A stretch of 64,000 nt of DNA from Candidatus Wolframiiraptor gerlachensis (GCA_021323375.2 JAJPCT020000017.1:65970-129969); one strand, 5' to 3'; shown: positions 37,475-48,231, numbered from the stretch's first letter. Made by a program: numbers and translations. Notes: generated from the letters alone by a model not told the origin.

Positions 37475-38929
37475 CTATCTAGGCCTAAACTTGATCCTCT
37501 GACCCTGCACCGTATCCTCCACGATTATACCTATCTCTGCTAGCCTATCCCGTATTCTATCACTAATATCATATATCCGGCGCCTCCTAAGCTCCTCCCT
37601 AACCTCCAACAGGATGTCTAGAACCTCTTTTACCTCAGCTTGGGCACGGAGCTTCGATGGCCTATATTTCTGCAGTAAGCCGAGCACATGCGAGAGCTCT
37701 AAGATCGCATCATAATATGATTTGAGTACGAGCTTGTCATGCTTTGCATGCCCACTGATATAGGCGTTGGCCGACCTGATGAGGGCATGTATCTCGGCTA
37801 AAGCTCTAGGCGTATTAAAGTCATCCTCCATCGCTGAGATGAACTTCTTCTTGGCCTCTTCGATCCTGTTAATCTCCGCTTTAGCAGCTTCACCATCCTC
37901 CTCGGCCTCCTCGAGAAGCTCATGAAGCACGTCGAGTGTCTCCCTGATCTTCATAACGCTTGATTGGGCCTGCTGCATCGCATCCTCATTATAATCTATC
38001 TGACTCCTATAATGGGATGATAGGATGAAGAATCTTATAGCATCCGCCTCATACTTCTTCAAAGCATCCTTTATCGAGATGAAGTTCCCGAGACTCTTAC
38101 TCATCTTCTCACCATTTATCGTCAGATATCCCGTGTGAAGCCAATATTTCGCGAATGGTTTCTTCCCGGTGTAGGCCTCAGCCTGCGCTATCTCATTCTC
38201 GTGATGTGGCAGGATCAGCTCCTGCCCCCCGCCGTGAATATCTATCTGTTCTCCGAGATATTTCATTGCCATGACACAGCACTCGATATGCCATCCTGGG
38301 AACCCCTCACCCCATGGGCTATTCCACTTGAGGAGATAGCCCTTCTCTGCCTTCTTCCAGAGCGCGAAGTCCGCGGGATTCTTCTTACGCGGATCCGGCT
38401 CGATCCTATGCTTCACGAGCTCTTCGTATCTTATGCCCGAGAGCTTTCCATACTCTGGAAATGTTGAGACGTCGAAGTAGACGTTCCCATCCACGACATA
38501 TGCATAGCCCCTCTCCACGAGTTTAGCCGCCATCTCAATCATGTCAAGAATATGCATTGAGGCCCTAGGCTGGATATTCGGCCTTCTGATACCAAGAGCA
38601 TCCATATCTTGGAAGAACGAGAACATGTATTTATCAACGAGCTCCATCGGCTGAAGCCTCTCCCTCCTCGCGCCCTCAATCACCCTATCCTCCCCAGTCT
38701 CCTCCCGGATATGCCCAACATCCGTGATATTCCTAACATAAATGACCTTGTATCCATAGTACTCGAGAAATCTGATAATAGCGTCGAATGCTATGTATGT
38801 CCTTGCATGCCCGAGATGAGCAACATCCTGAACCGTCGGCCCGCAAACATACATCTTAACGATGCCGGGCTCAAGAGGCTCGAAAATCTCGATACGCCTC
38901 CCAAGCGTGTTGAAAACGCTGATCGGCAT
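37475..38929 (-). CDS. cysS: Cysteine--tRNA ligase
   Basis: YVCGPTV, HLGH, DFALWK, PGWHIEC, KMSKS. Confidence 0.97.
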   Translation of the reverse strand: MPISVFNTLGRRIEIFEPLEPGIVKMYVCGPTVQDVAHLGHARTYIAFDAIIRFLEYYGYKVIYVRNITDVGHIREETGEDRVIEGARRERLQPMELVDKYMFSFFQDMDALGIRRPNIQPRASMHILDMIEMAAKLVERGYAYVVDGNVYFDVSTFPEYGKLSGIRYEELVKHRIEPDPRKKNPADFALWKKAEKGYLLKWNSPWGEGFPGWHIECCVMAMKYLGEQIDIHGGGQELILPHHENEIAQAEAYTGKKPFAKYWLHTGYLTINGEKMSKSLGNFISIKDALKKYEADAIRFFILSSHYRSQIDYNEDAMQQAQSSVMKIRETLDVLHELLEEAEEDGEAAKAEINRIEEAKKKFISAMEDDFNTPRALAEIHALIRSANAYISGHAKHDKLVLKSYYDAILELSHVLGLLQKYRPSKLRAQAEVKEVLDILLEVREELRRRRIYDISDRIRDRLAEIGIIVEDTVQGQRIKFRPR

Positions 38930-39052
38930 CCAGCTCCATTACTGAGAATGGTGTTGTGTATAAATACCGATTTCTCCACCCCGGGATAAAGTTTATAAGT
39001 AACGATGTGTGATACGATAATCGGGAATAAAAAAGTTTAGGAGGCTTCGGGA

Positions 39053-40009
39053 GTGTCTTCAGAGAAAAGAAGAGCTCCAATTTGGAGGGAGGGAATGCTT
39101 TGTCCAGAGTGTGGTAATGATATCTTGATTCATGATCCTAGAACTGGGGAGATAACATGTCCAAGCTGCGGTTATGTTGTTCAGGAGAGGGATGTTGATA
39201 GAGGGCCTGAGTGGAGGAATCTTGACGAGGAAGAGGATAGAAGTAGGGCCGGCGCGCCGCTCTCGATAATGTATAGGGATCACGGGCTTTCAACAGTGAT
39301 TGATAGGATTGATGAGGATGCCGCGGGGAGGAAGTTGCCGAAGGAGGTTAGGGAGAAGCTTCTAAGATTGAAGAAGCTCGATGCTACTTCCCAAGTCAGT
39401 GCTTCCGAGGCGAGGAACCTCCAGCAGGCGGTCAATATTCTGCAGATCTACGTGGATAAGCTGAGGCTAAGCCAGGCAATAGCCGAGGCCGCGATGTTAA
39501 TTTACCGGAAGGCGTTGAAGGCAGGACTGGTTCGAGGCAGATCGATCAGATCGATAATGGCCGCGGCGGTTTACGCCGCATGCAGGTTGATGGGCGCCCC
39601 AAGAGATCTTAGAGAGCTCGAGAAGGCTTATCCAATAGTCAAGAGGAAGACGATAGCACAGGGCTACAGGCTCCTTCTAAAGCACCTCAACCTGAAAGTC
39701 CCGGTTGCCGATCCAGCGATATTCCTGAATAAGATAGCATCGAAGGTCGGCCTCGATGAGGCAACAGTCCAAGAGGCTTTAAGGATCCTTGAGGAGGCTC
39801 ATAAGAGGGGGGCGACAATAGGAAAGGATCCCGTCGGAATGGCGGCCGCGGCATTATACATGGCTTGTCAGGAGAGAAATCAACCAGTGACCCAGAAGGA
39901 TATCGCGAGGGCGGCTGGCGTGACCGAGGTTACAGTTCGGAATAGGTTTAAGGGTCTGAAGGAGATCCTCGAGGGCCAGCAGGTTACTAGCCGATCCGCG
40001 TCCTCCTAG
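39053..40009 (+). CDS. tfb: Transcription initiation factor IIB
   Basis: CPECG/CPSCG ribbon, GPEWR, RGRSI, GKDPVG, VTEVTVRNR. Confidence 0.96.
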   Translation: MSSEKRRAPIWREGMLCPECGNDILIHDPRTGEITCPSCGYVVQERDVDRGPEWRNLDEEEDRSRAGAPLSIMYRDHGLSTVIDRIDEDAAGRKLPKEVREKLLRLKKLDATSQVSASEARNLQQAVNILQIYVDKLRLSQAIAEAAMLIYRKALKAGLVRGRSIRSIMAAAVYAACRLMGAPRDLRELEKAYPIVKRKTIAQGYRLLLKHLNLKVPVADPAIFLNKIASKVGLDEATVQEALRILEEAHKRGATIGKDPVGMAAAALYMACQERNQPVTQKDIARAAGVTEVTVRNRFKGLKEILEGQQVTSRSASS

Positions 40010-40033
40010 GATCCACTACCTCCTCCTGCGCAA

Positions 40034-40342
40034 TTAGATGACCTCAATGTTCTCGTCGAGCCATCCTATTGAGAGAAGTATCTCTCTAACTTTTTGTCTA
40101 TGATCTCCTTGGAGAATAATCGTGTTATTCTTCACAGTTCCTCCTGATGCACATGCGGCCTTCAGCATTTTCGCTAGCTTGTGTAGATCCTCGGTTCCAT
40201 TATCTAAGCCCTCTATTATTGTAACGGGCCTGCCCCATTTCCTAGTCTCAAGCTTTATCTTGATCTTCTGCTGCTCGCGGCTTATTGTCTGACATACGCA
40301 GATTGACTTTGGTAACCCGCAGACTGGGCAGATTCCCTCCAT
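40034..40342 (-). CDS. sui1: Translation initiation factor aIF1 (SUI1)
   Basis: CPVCGLP...C.C, CASGGTVK, LQGDHR. Confidence 0.95.
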   Translation of the reverse strand: MEGICPVCGLPKSICVCQTISREQQKIKIKLETRKWGRPVTIIEGLDNGTEDLHKLAKMLKAACASGGTVKNNTIILQGDHRQKVREILLSIGWLDENIEVI

Positions 40343-40439
40343 TACCTACCTCCTTTCAAGATTAATAGAATCCGCGGTTATATAAATTTGCGCCCCGAGA
40401 TTCTGGTTAAATTGGCGGCGGGTAATTTTATTCTGGCCC

Positions 40440-41612
40440 GTGATGAGGCGCATGATCGAGCATGTTGACGAGGAGTATATAGTCTCAATCGCCTCGAGGC
40501 TTGTTAGGATAAACTCGGAGAATCCTCCGGGCCGCGAGGCCGAGGTTGCGAGCTTTCTCGCGGAGAGGCTTTCCGAGCTCGGTCTCAAGGCGAAGGTTGA
40601 TGCTTTTGATAGACGGGCCAACTGCATAGCATCAACCAAGGATTTTGAGAGGGCGGGCCTCCTGCTCCTCACACATCTCGATACTGTTCCGGCTGGTGAG
40701 AGGGAGGCTTGGAGCATCCCTCCATTTGGGGGGATCATCAGGGATGGCAGGCTTTATGGTAGGGGCGCCGCGGATGCTAAGGGGTGTATCGCCTCAATGC
40801 TTGGAGCCTTGAAGGCTTTAGCCGACAGCGGCGTGGAGTTCGGTGGAGAAGGCCTCGTCCTCGCGGCTGTCGCGGATGAGGAGATGGGGTCTCAAGGCGT
40901 TAGAAGGCTCATAAGTAGGGGATTTAGGGCGGATTATGCCGTCGTCGGTGAGCCAACTGGGCTTCGAGTCTGCGTGGCTCATAAGGGGAGGCTTGTCACC
41001 ACTGTGAAATTCACGGGAAGATATGCCCATTCAAGTAGGCCTGAGCTGGGGATAAACGCCCTCTACGCGGCCTCCGAGTTCGCCCTCGAGATCGAGGAGT
41101 ATTCGAAAAGGATTAAGGGAAAGGATCATCCTCTCCTCGGTCCTCCAGCAATCTCGGCGACGATGTTCAAGGCTGGCGAGAAGGATAACATGGTACCCGG
41201 CTGGGCTGAGGTTGTCGTGGATTATAGGGCTCTGCCCGGGGAAAGGCTTGAGACAATATTGGACGAGTTTAAGCATATTGCGGGGAAGGTTGATCGAGGA
41301 AGAGGAACGAGGCATGAGACCATTGTTCTCCGCTGGGTTCCGCCATCCGAGGTGGATCCCGGGTCGAGGATCGTCGAGGTGGCTGCCGAGGCCGTGAGAA
41401 GAGTCTTGAACCACGAGCCCGAGATATCCGGCTTCCAAGCGACATGCGATATGAGCTATCTAGTTAATGATGCTGGAGTTCCCTCCATAATTCTTGGGCC
41501 GGGAGATCTAGAGCAGGCTCACATGGCAGATGAATGGGTCTCGATTGCGGAGCTCGTAGCTGCAGCCAAGATCTATGCGCTGATAATCCATGGGATCTTA
41601 TGCGCGTCCTAG
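40440..41612 (+). CDS. M20 metallo-hydrolase (ArgE/DapE family)
   Basis: HLDTVP, GRGAADAKG, DEE, GEP, AH..DE. Confidence 0.92.
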   Translation: MMRRMIEHVDEEYIVSIASRLVRINSENPPGREAEVASFLAERLSELGLKAKVDAFDRRANCIASTKDFERAGLLLLTHLDTVPAGEREAWSIPPFGGIIRDGRLYGRGAADAKGCIASMLGALKALADSGVEFGGEGLVLAAVADEEMGSQGVRRLISRGFRADYAVVGEPTGLRVCVAHKGRLVTTVKFTGRYAHSSRPELGINALYAASEFALEIEEYSKRIKGKDHPLLGPPAISATMFKAGEKDNMVPGWAEVVVDYRALPGERLETILDEFKHIAGKVDRGRGTRHETIVLRWVPPSEVDPGSRIVEVAAEAVRRVLNHEPEISGFQATCDMSYLVNDAGVPSIILGPGDLEQAHMADEWVSIAELVAAAKIYALIIHGILCAS

Positions 41613-42304
41613 CTATCCGCCTCCTCATGTATTCTCCTCCTCTCATCATACTCGTCTCTGGTCATCATTATCCTTGCTGGGCAGCCGTATGCCACCATTC
41701 CAGCTGGAATGCTTCTCGTGACGATCGCGCCAGCCCCGACGACAGCCCGCTCACCTATCTCGACACCAGCCAAGATTACTGCACCAGCCCCGATAATGGC
41801 GCCCCTCGCAATCCTAACGCCCAAGAGTCTCCTACTAACGGGGTACGGGTCATTTGTCACAATCACTCCCGGGCCTATGAAGACCTCATCCTCAACAATG
41901 GTCAAGTGCGGGAGATAGGCCCCTGACTGTATGCTGACCCTCGACCCAACCTCAACCCTTCCATCAAGCTTAGCATAGCTTCCTATCCTGCTATCAGACC
42001 CTATTCTAGATCCCTCCCTAATGAGGACATGATGCCCAGTCTCAACCCTGTCGCCGATTTCAACGTCCTCATAGATCACGGTGTGGCTGCGGATAATGCA
42101 TCCACTCCCAATCTTGGCCCCAGAACTCAGCTCATCAAGCTCTTTTAGCATTCTTGATGATCTGAGAAGCTTTTCTCTCCTCGGATAACCAATGCAGACA
42201 AATTCGTCGAGAAATGTCTCCTCGCCCACCTCCGAGCAGCCCAGAATCACCGCGGACTCTGAGGCGACTCCCCTGATGATCGCGCGCTTGGATATGTATC
42301 CCAT
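41609..42304 (-). CDS. Hexapeptide-repeat acyltransferase
   Basis: Left-handed beta-helix repeats; TNDPYP, GAGA.V, G.PAR. Confidence 0.9.
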   Translation of the reverse strand: MGYISKRAIIRGVASESAVILGCSEVGEETFLDEFVCIGYPRREKLLRSSRMLKELDELSSGAKIGSGCIIRSHTVIYEDVEIGDRVETGHHVLIREGSRIGSDSRIGSYAKLDGRVEVGSRVSIQSGAYLPHLTIVEDEVFIGPGVIVTNDPYPVSRRLLGVRIARGAIIGAGAVILAGVEIGERAVVGAGAIVTRSIPAGMVAYGCPARIMMTRDEYDERRRIHEEADS

Positions 42305-42355
42305 ACCAAGCCCGGCTTAAGCAATGTTTATACTCTGAAAAAAACATTCTATCAA

Positions 42356-43738
42356 ATGATGAGCTCGCCCCGCGGCCTGATAAAGAATTTTGACGATCTC
42401 ATTGGATCGAGGCTCGGGGAGATGGCCGACCTTAGAAGCGAGGTTTTGAAGGCAGCTGAGCACGGGATTAAGAGTGTTATGCCTGAGTGTTTCATGAAGA
42501 GGATCCGGGTGGAGAATGGCTCTCTCATCATCAAGGACTCGCTCAGAATAGATTTGAGGGAATTTGATGAGGTTATAATTCTCGGAGTTGGGAAGGCCTC
42601 AGTAAGGATGGCAGAGATGCTGGAGCCCATCCTCTATGACAGGATAGCAGGTGGAGTAATAGCCTCATTGAGCAGCCCATGTGAATGCATTAACCTGAGG
42701 AAGATTAATGTTGTTCCATCCAGCCACCCTGTCCCAAGCGAGAGAAGCGTGGAGGCGTCTGAGATTATCCTAGAATGGGCTGAATCTGTTACAGAGAAGA
42801 CCTTGGTGATCTTTCTTCTTTCTGGTGGGGCGTCGGCAATGCTCGCCCTCCCAGCCCCACCAATAACCCTAGAGGACAAGATATTCACGACGAGGCTCCT
42901 GCTGGAGAGCGGGGCGACTATAGATGAGATCAATACCGTTAGGAAGCATTTATCGCTGGTTAAGGGTGGGTGGCTCGGCAAGAGGATGTCAAGGGCCAGG
43001 GTTATCAGCCTGATACTCTCGGATGTTGTCGGAAACAAGGTGGAGTGTATAGGCTCGGGGCCAACAGCGCCTGACCCAACAACATTCAGGGATGCCTACA
43101 ACATATTAAGGCGATATGATCTATGGGATAGAGTTCCGGAGAGTGTTAGGCGTAGGATCATGGATGGCTTGGAGGGTAGGGTTGAGGAAACGCCGAAACC
43201 TGGGGACCCCGCGTTCCAGAGGATAACGAATATCGTGATCGCTGATGTTGGTGATGCGTGTAGGGCTGCAGCGATCTATCTCGAATCAAGGGGCTTCAAA
43301 TGCAGTGTTCTTAGCAAATATGCGGAGGGCGAGGCATCTCAAGTTGGAATCTTCCTAGCAGGACTTTTACAGCAGTTTGAGGAGGAGGGTGGGAGGAGGG
43401 CGGCGATACTAGGTGGAGAATATACTGTGACCGTTAGGGGCGGCGGGGTTGGCGGCAGGAATCAGGAGCTCGTCCTAGGCTCGCTGCCCAAGCTCAAGGA
43501 TTTGAAGAGGTCTGTTATAATGAGCGTCGGAACGGATGGTGTGGATGGAATCTCATCGGCTGCAGGAGCGATAGCGGACCCGCAGACATATTATGACGCA
43601 ATAAGGCTTGGCATAAACCCTGTTAGATTTCTCAGGGAGAACGATTCTAATAGCTTCTTCAATCTCGTGGGTGGGGCGATATACACGGGGCCGACTGGGA
43701 CGAATGTCGGAGACCTAACGATCCTAGCATCTGCATAA
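42356..43738 (+). CDS. Glycerate 2-kinase (MOFRL family)
   Basis: GKAS, HPVP, SGGASA, RKHLS.VKGG, GGRNQE, TGTNVGD. Confidence 0.92.
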   Translation: MMSSPRGLIKNFDDLIGSRLGEMADLRSEVLKAAEHGIKSVMPECFMKRIRVENGSLIIKDSLRIDLREFDEVIILGVGKASVRMAEMLEPILYDRIAGGVIASLSSPCECINLRKINVVPSSHPVPSERSVEASEIILEWAESVTEKTLVIFLLSGGASAMLALPAPPITLEDKIFTTRLLLESGATIDEINTVRKHLSLVKGGWLGKRMSRARVISLILSDVVGNKVECIGSGPTAPDPTTFRDAYNILRRYDLWDRVPESVRRRIMDGLEGRVEETPKPGDPAFQRITNIVIADVGDACRAAAIYLESRGFKCSVLSKYAEGEASQVGIFLAGLLQQFEEEGGRRAAILGGEYTVTVRGGGVGGRNQELVLGSLPKLKDLKRSVIMSVGTDGVDGISSAAGAIADPQTYYDAIRLGINPVRFLRENDSNSFFNLVGGAIYTGPTGTNVGDLTILASA

Positions 43739-43791
43739 GCCGTCAACCGGGGATAATACTTAAAGCTGGGAAAGAGGAGCCTAGCCGCGGC

Positions 43792-43905
43792 ATGACCCTT
43801 GAATCCTTCCTCGACCTAGTTTACAGGAGCTCCTTCTGGCTCGCCGCGGTAATATTCGCGGCGATCCTCGCCTATATAGTCTATACGTCGCTTAGAAGCG
43901 AGTAG
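43792..43905 (+). CDS. 37-aa single-TM micro-protein
   Basis: MTLESFLDLVYRSSFWLAAVIFAAILAYIVYTSLRSE*; downstream of TATA CTTAAA and 12 bp before priS. Confidence 0.5.
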   Translation: MTLESFLDLVYRSSFWLAAVIFAAILAYIVYTSLRSE

Positions 43906-43917
43906 GCTTAGGGAAGG

Positions 43918-45135
43918 ATGAGCTTCATAAAGAATGAGGATGCCGCGTTTGTCCAAAGGCTCTTCAAGCGATACTATATCGAGTATGGTGAGGAGGTTTA
44001 TGTCCCTGAGAGGATTCAGGAGAGGGAGTTCGGCTACTTCACCTTCGCGGAAAAAGTGATGGTTAGGCACATCGGCTTCACGGGTCCGGGAGAGCTCATG
44101 CAGATGCTCGCTGAGAAGGCTCCCCTCCACGTATACCATTCAACAGCATTTTACAAGTATCCTAGGGCTCCGATGGGTCAGAAGGGGTGGATCGGCTCGG
44201 AGCTGGCATTCGACATAGATGCTGATCATCTTAAGACCCCATGCAGGAAGAGCCACGACTTTAAGGTATGTAGGAGCTGCCTGCTAGATTATCCCGTTGA
44301 CGTGGAGAGGTGCGCGAGGTGCGGGGCTCCATTGGAGAAGGTTGAGTGGGTATGTGAGAGTTGCTTGGAGACCGCTAGGAGCGAGGCTGGGAAGCTTCTC
44401 GAGATCCTTGAGTCCGATCTGGGATTTGAGAAGATTAGGCTCGCGTTCTCCGGCAATAGGGGATATCACGTCATCGTCTCGGATGAGCATGTCCTTGATC
44501 TTGGCCAGCAGGAGAGAAGGGAGATCGTGGACTATGTTATGGCGGCTGGGCTTGAGGTGAAGCTCCTAGGCCTCGAGGAAAGGAGGGTGAGGGCGGAGGC
44601 GGCGCCGGATCTCGACGAGCCGGGATGGAGGGGCAGGATAGCTAGGCAGGCGCTACAATTGCTTGTGAGCGGGAATGTTGCAGAGATCTGCGAGCTCGCG
44701 GGCGAGAGGAGATTGCAGGCCCTGGCAAGGGATTTCGAGAAGCTTGGGGAGATCGAGGCCGACAGGATTCCATGGAGTTCTCTAAGCGCCTCATCGAGAA
44801 GAATTCTGGTGAGGGCTGCTATGGAGGCTGCAGCAGCACACGTGGACGCCGTCGTGACGCAGGATGTTCATAGGCTGATAAGGCTTGGAAACTCGCTTAA
44901 CGGCAAGACCGGGCTAAGAGCGCAGATTATAGACCCAAATGATCTCGATGACTTCGATCCCATGTGGAGCGCCGTGGCGCTGCCGATCGATGAGGATGTT
45001 CATGTTAGGGTGATAAGATCCGACGGAATGAGGCTTCACGGCCTCGAGATACCGCCGATATATAGGGGCGTGGCAAGGCTTCCACTGGCGGCCGCTGTTC
45101 TCCTCCTATGCCGTGGAGTCGCCACACTGCCGTAA
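43918..45135 (+). CDS. priS: DNA primase small subunit
   Basis: REFG, FDIDAD, FSGNRGYH, D..VT.D.HRLIRL..SLNGKTG. Confidence 0.95.
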   Translation: MSFIKNEDAAFVQRLFKRYYIEYGEEVYVPERIQEREFGYFTFAEKVMVRHIGFTGPGELMQMLAEKAPLHVYHSTAFYKYPRAPMGQKGWIGSELAFDIDADHLKTPCRKSHDFKVCRSCLLDYPVDVERCARCGAPLEKVEWVCESCLETARSEAGKLLEILESDLGFEKIRLAFSGNRGYHVIVSDEHVLDLGQQERREIVDYVMAAGLEVKLLGLEERRVRAEAAPDLDEPGWRGRIARQALQLLVSGNVAEICELAGERRLQALARDFEKLGEIEADRIPWSSLSASSRRILVRAAMEAAAAHVDAVVTQDVHRLIRLGNSLNGKTGLRAQIIDPNDLDDFDPMWSAVALPIDEDVHVRVIRSDGMRLHGLEIPPIYRGVARLPLAAAVLLLCRGVATLP

Positions 45136-45185
45136 AATCTGATAGGCGGCCTTAGTAATAATTTCTCACGCTGGGGTGTCTTGGC

Positions 45186-45626
45186 ATGAGGATAGCTGTT
45201 GGATCGGATGATATATATCATGTTGCTAGGGTAATTGTCGAGCATCTTAGATCGAGGGGACATGAGGTTGAAGAGCTTGGAGCCCTCCGCTCGGGAAGGC
45301 TTGAGCCTTGGCCCGATGTCGCATGGGAGGTTGCCCGGAGGATTGTGGAGGGGCTCGCCGACTACGGCATAGTGATATGCTATACGGGGACCGGCGTCTC
45401 GATCGCCGCGAACAAGGTTAGGGGGATAAGATGCGCCCTCTGCCCCGATGCCGAGACCGCTCGAGGAGCGAGGAGATGGAATGACGCGAACATGCTCGCT
45501 CTAAGCGCGAGGCTGACATCCGACGAGGTGGCGAAGGAGATCGTGGACGCCTTCCTATCGATTGAGAAGCCCGATGAATCAGAGCTCGAGAACATACGCA
45601 AGATAATGGATATGGAGAAATCATGA
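45186..45626 (+). CDS. rpiB: RpiB/LacA/LacB sugar-phosphate isomerase
   Basis: GSD, CYTGTG.SIAANK..GIR.AL, WNDAN. Confidence 0.9.
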   Translation: MRIAVGSDDIYHVARVIVEHLRSRGHEVEELGALRSGRLEPWPDVAWEVARRIVEGLADYGIVICYTGTGVSIAANKVRGIRCALCPDAETARGARRWNDANMLALSARLTSDEVAKEIVDAFLSIEKPDESELENIRKIMDMEKS

Positions 45627-45661
45627 AGTATATTCTTCTTTCTTCTTCTTTTTCTTTGATG

Positions 45662-45750
45662 CGGGCCCGGGGGGATTTGAACCCCCGACCCCCGGGTCTC
45701 TTCCAGATATGTTAAGAGCCCGGCGCTCAACCTGGCTGAGCTACGGGCCC
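45662..45750 (-). tRNA. tRNA-Lys (CTT) with 15-nt intron (45698-45712) at 37/38
   Basis: CCGGG-CT-CTT-A[acatatctggaagag]A-CCCGG; canonical cloverleaf after splicing. Confidence 0.92.
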
Positions 45751-45813
45751 CTATTCATAGGCTTTCCGAGGGATTTATTTATCCTTTCGTTCGCTAGATC
45801 CTCCCTGCAGGGT

Positions 45814-46383
45814 TTGCGCGTTATCGGCGTTGATCTAGCGGGTTCTCCTAAGAGGATCACGGGGCTCTGTTATCTCGAGCAGGACTTATGGGCTGAGGTC
45901 TCCCGCGCATACTCGGACGATGAGATACTGTCATTCATCAATGGTCATGAGGCTAGGGTTGTAGCGATTGATGCTCCGTTGAGCTTACCGAGATCAGGCG
46001 ATCTTAGGAGATGTGATGAGGAGCTTAGGAGGGTTGGGATACGCGTCCTCCCACCCGTTCTGGGTGGGATGAGAAGGCTTACCGAGAGGGCGATTAGGCT
46101 GAGGGAGATCTTAGCATCCAAGGGCCATGAAGTCATAGAGGTGTTTCCCACGGGCGCTCGTAAGATCCTTGGATTGCCATCGAGGAGAATGGGCATTAAT
46201 GCTCTCCGCAATGCCCTAGTAGCATATGGTGTGAGGGGGTTGCCGGATGATGTTGATCAGCATATACTTGATGCCGTGATATGCGCCCTAGTCGGGCTAT
46301 ATTATCTCAGGGGAGAATACGTGGTGTTCGGAGAGGAGGTTGAGGGCGTGATAGTTATGCCGCGGCCGAGATCACTTGAATGA
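45814..46383 (+). CDS. DUF429 predicted RNase H-fold nuclease
   Basis: IGVDLAG, IDAPLS, R.CD, EVFP, DA..CA; start moved to TTG 45814. Confidence 0.85.
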   Translation: MRVIGVDLAGSPKRITGLCYLEQDLWAEVSRAYSDDEILSFINGHEARVVAIDAPLSLPRSGDLRRCDEELRRVGIRVLPPVLGGMRRLTERAIRLREILASKGHEVIEVFPTGARKILGLPSRRMGINALRNALVAYGVRGLPDDVDQHILDAVICALVGLYYLRGEYVVFGEEVEGVIVMPRPRSLE

Positions 46384-48231
46384 TGGTCTCCTTGAGAGGA
46401 GCTTTGGGAGCGGGAGCTTCTTGAAGGGCTTGTCCCCGATCTTCTCCCTCATCTCCCTTATCAGGTCTTCTAGTGTGAGCTTCTCAACGCCCCCGGTCGC
46501 CCTCTTCCTCACGCTCAGCAGCCCGCTCTCCCTTTCCCTCTCGCCATACACCACGATATAGTGTATCCACTCCATCTCAGCATCCCTTATCTTCTTGTCA
46601 ACGGATTCATCGCGATCATCTATGTCCGCTCTTATCCTAGCCTCCTCGAGCCTCTTGAGGATCCTGAGACAGTCTTCGAGATACTCGGATTTTACCGGGA
46701 TCAACCTTACCTGGGTTGGTGTTAACCAGAGAGGGAGCATGGGCTTCTCCCCCCGCATCATCGCAAGATATGCCTTCTCCAGTAATGCATAGATGACGCG
46801 CTCTATCGCGCCGCTTGGGGAGCAGTGGAGTATTATTGGATACTCCTTCTCTCCCCGCTCATTCACGAATGTTATCCCGTAGTATAATGCGTTCTCCACG
46901 TCTATCTGGTCTGTTGATAGGGCGGCTGCCTTCCGCTGACAGTCCACGAAGTTGAACTCCCACTTCAGCACGAAATAGAAGTAGCGCTCGCTCCACATCT
47001 CGGCGAGCACGGGCTTCCCGAAAATCCTCACCAACTCGAAGATGAAGTCCTTATTCTCCTCATAGAAGTCTCTCGTGAATCTTATCGCCATCTCAAGGTC
47101 GTCTCTCGTGAGCCCAACACCTTCCATGACCTCGAGGCTGAGCCTCAGCCTCCTCTTCATCTCCTCCTTAGCCTGCTCCAAGTCCCTGCATATCGCGTGG
47201 ACATCCGGCATCGTGAAGGCTCTAAGCCTCTTCAAGCCCACAAGCTCCCCGCTCTTCTCCCTCCTGAAGCTATATCTCGTGAGCTCATAGAGCCTGAGCG
47301 GGAGATTCCTATAGGAGAGGTTCATGTCCTTCGCGATGAGGAATTGGCCGAAGCACGCCGCGAACCTGAGGAAGTATCTCTTATCCTCGGTCTCAATAAC
47401 GTATTGTCTCGCCGGGAACTTGTGGAGATACCTCCTGAGGCTCGGATGGTTCATGTCATACATTATGGGCGTCTCGACCTCTATCCCTCCATACTCTATC
47501 ACCTTCTCGGTGACATATTGTTCGAGGAGGCTCTTGATCAGCCTGCCCTTAGCATACCATCTCAGGTTGCCCGGGTCGCTTGCCGGCTCATAATCCGCGA
47601 TCTCAAGCCTCTTCATCAGGGAAGCATGCGGGGGCTCCTCGAGAACAGCCCTAGACTTCTGGATCTCATAGCGCGTGAAGGCCTCGAGGTTCTCATGCCC
47701 GCGGAAGTCGTACTCCTCGACCGGGATCATCTTGCCCTCCGGCGTGAGGATATACCAGTTGGATACGAGCTTCTCCTCGAGTATGAGCGCCTGTGGGACC
47801 TCCTCACCACCCTTCTCAACCACCTTCTCATAACTTCTAAGCTGCTCGGCGAGCGGATGCCCCTTAACCGCGATCACAAGCCTCTTGTTCCAGCCGAATG
47901 GAGCCGAGTATGTCTCTAGATCTAGGGAGCCGGCCTCATCCCGCATAGCCCTGAGTATTGAGAGGGCTTCTCCGGGTGGAGCAAGATTAGAGCTTAGATG
48001 CGCATAGGGATATATTACGATCCTCTGTGCCCTGAGCTTCCTCGCCTGCTCCGCAAGCTCCCTTATCGCCCTCCTCGCGAGCTCGGGGTCATCATCCTTC
48101 TCCACGCATGTTAGCAGGAGGAGGGCATCCTCGATCCTATAGACCTTCTTCTCAGCCTCTTCATAGACCGAGCTCTCAGGTCTTATCGGCTCATACTCCA
48201 CATAATCCACGTGGAGCGCTAGGACCTTCAT
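46372..48231 (-). CDS. thrS: Threonine--tRNA ligase (archaeal type)
   Basis: YPYAHLS/PFGW editing domain, RFAACFGQF, LKRLRAFTMPD.H, HCSPSG.IER. Confidence 0.97.
   Translation of the reverse strand: MKVLALHVDYVEYEPIRPESSVYEEAEKKVYRIEDALLLLTCVEKDDDPELARRAIRELAEQARKLRAQRIVIYPYAHLSSNLAPPGEALSILRAMRDEAGSLDLETYSAPFGWNKRLVIAVKGHPLAEQLRSYEKVVEKGGEEVPQALILEEKLVSNWYILTPEGKMIPVEEYDFRGHENLEAFTRYEIQKSRAVLEEPPHASLMKRLEIADYEPASDPGNLRWYAKGRLIKSLLEQYVTEKVIEYGGIEVETPIMYDMNHPSLRRYLHKFPARQYVIETEDKRYFLRFAACFGQFLIAKDMNLSYRNLPLRLYELTRYSFRREKSGELVGLKRLRAFTMPDVHAICRDLEQAKEEMKRRLRLSLEVMEGVGLTRDDLEMAIRFTRDFYEENKDFIFELVRIFGKPVLAEMWSERYFYFVLKWEFNFVDCQRKAAALSTDQIDVENALYYGITFVNERGEKEYPIILHCSPSGAIERVIYALLEKAYLAMMRGEKPMLPLWLTPTQVRLIPVKSEYLEDCLRILKRLEEARIRADIDDRDESVDKKIRDAEMEWIHYIVVYGERERESGLLSVRKRATGGVEKLTLEDLIREMREKIGDKPFKKLPLPKLLSRRPSFK

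Noticed and set aside
45709-45813. ORF-track extension of the DUF429 gene
   Set aside because: It runs antisense through tRNA-Lys and its promoter
47197-47919. 240-aa plus-strand ORF
   Set aside because: Antisense shadow of thrS, like the many other shadows over infB, pheS, elp3, cysS and the aminopeptidase
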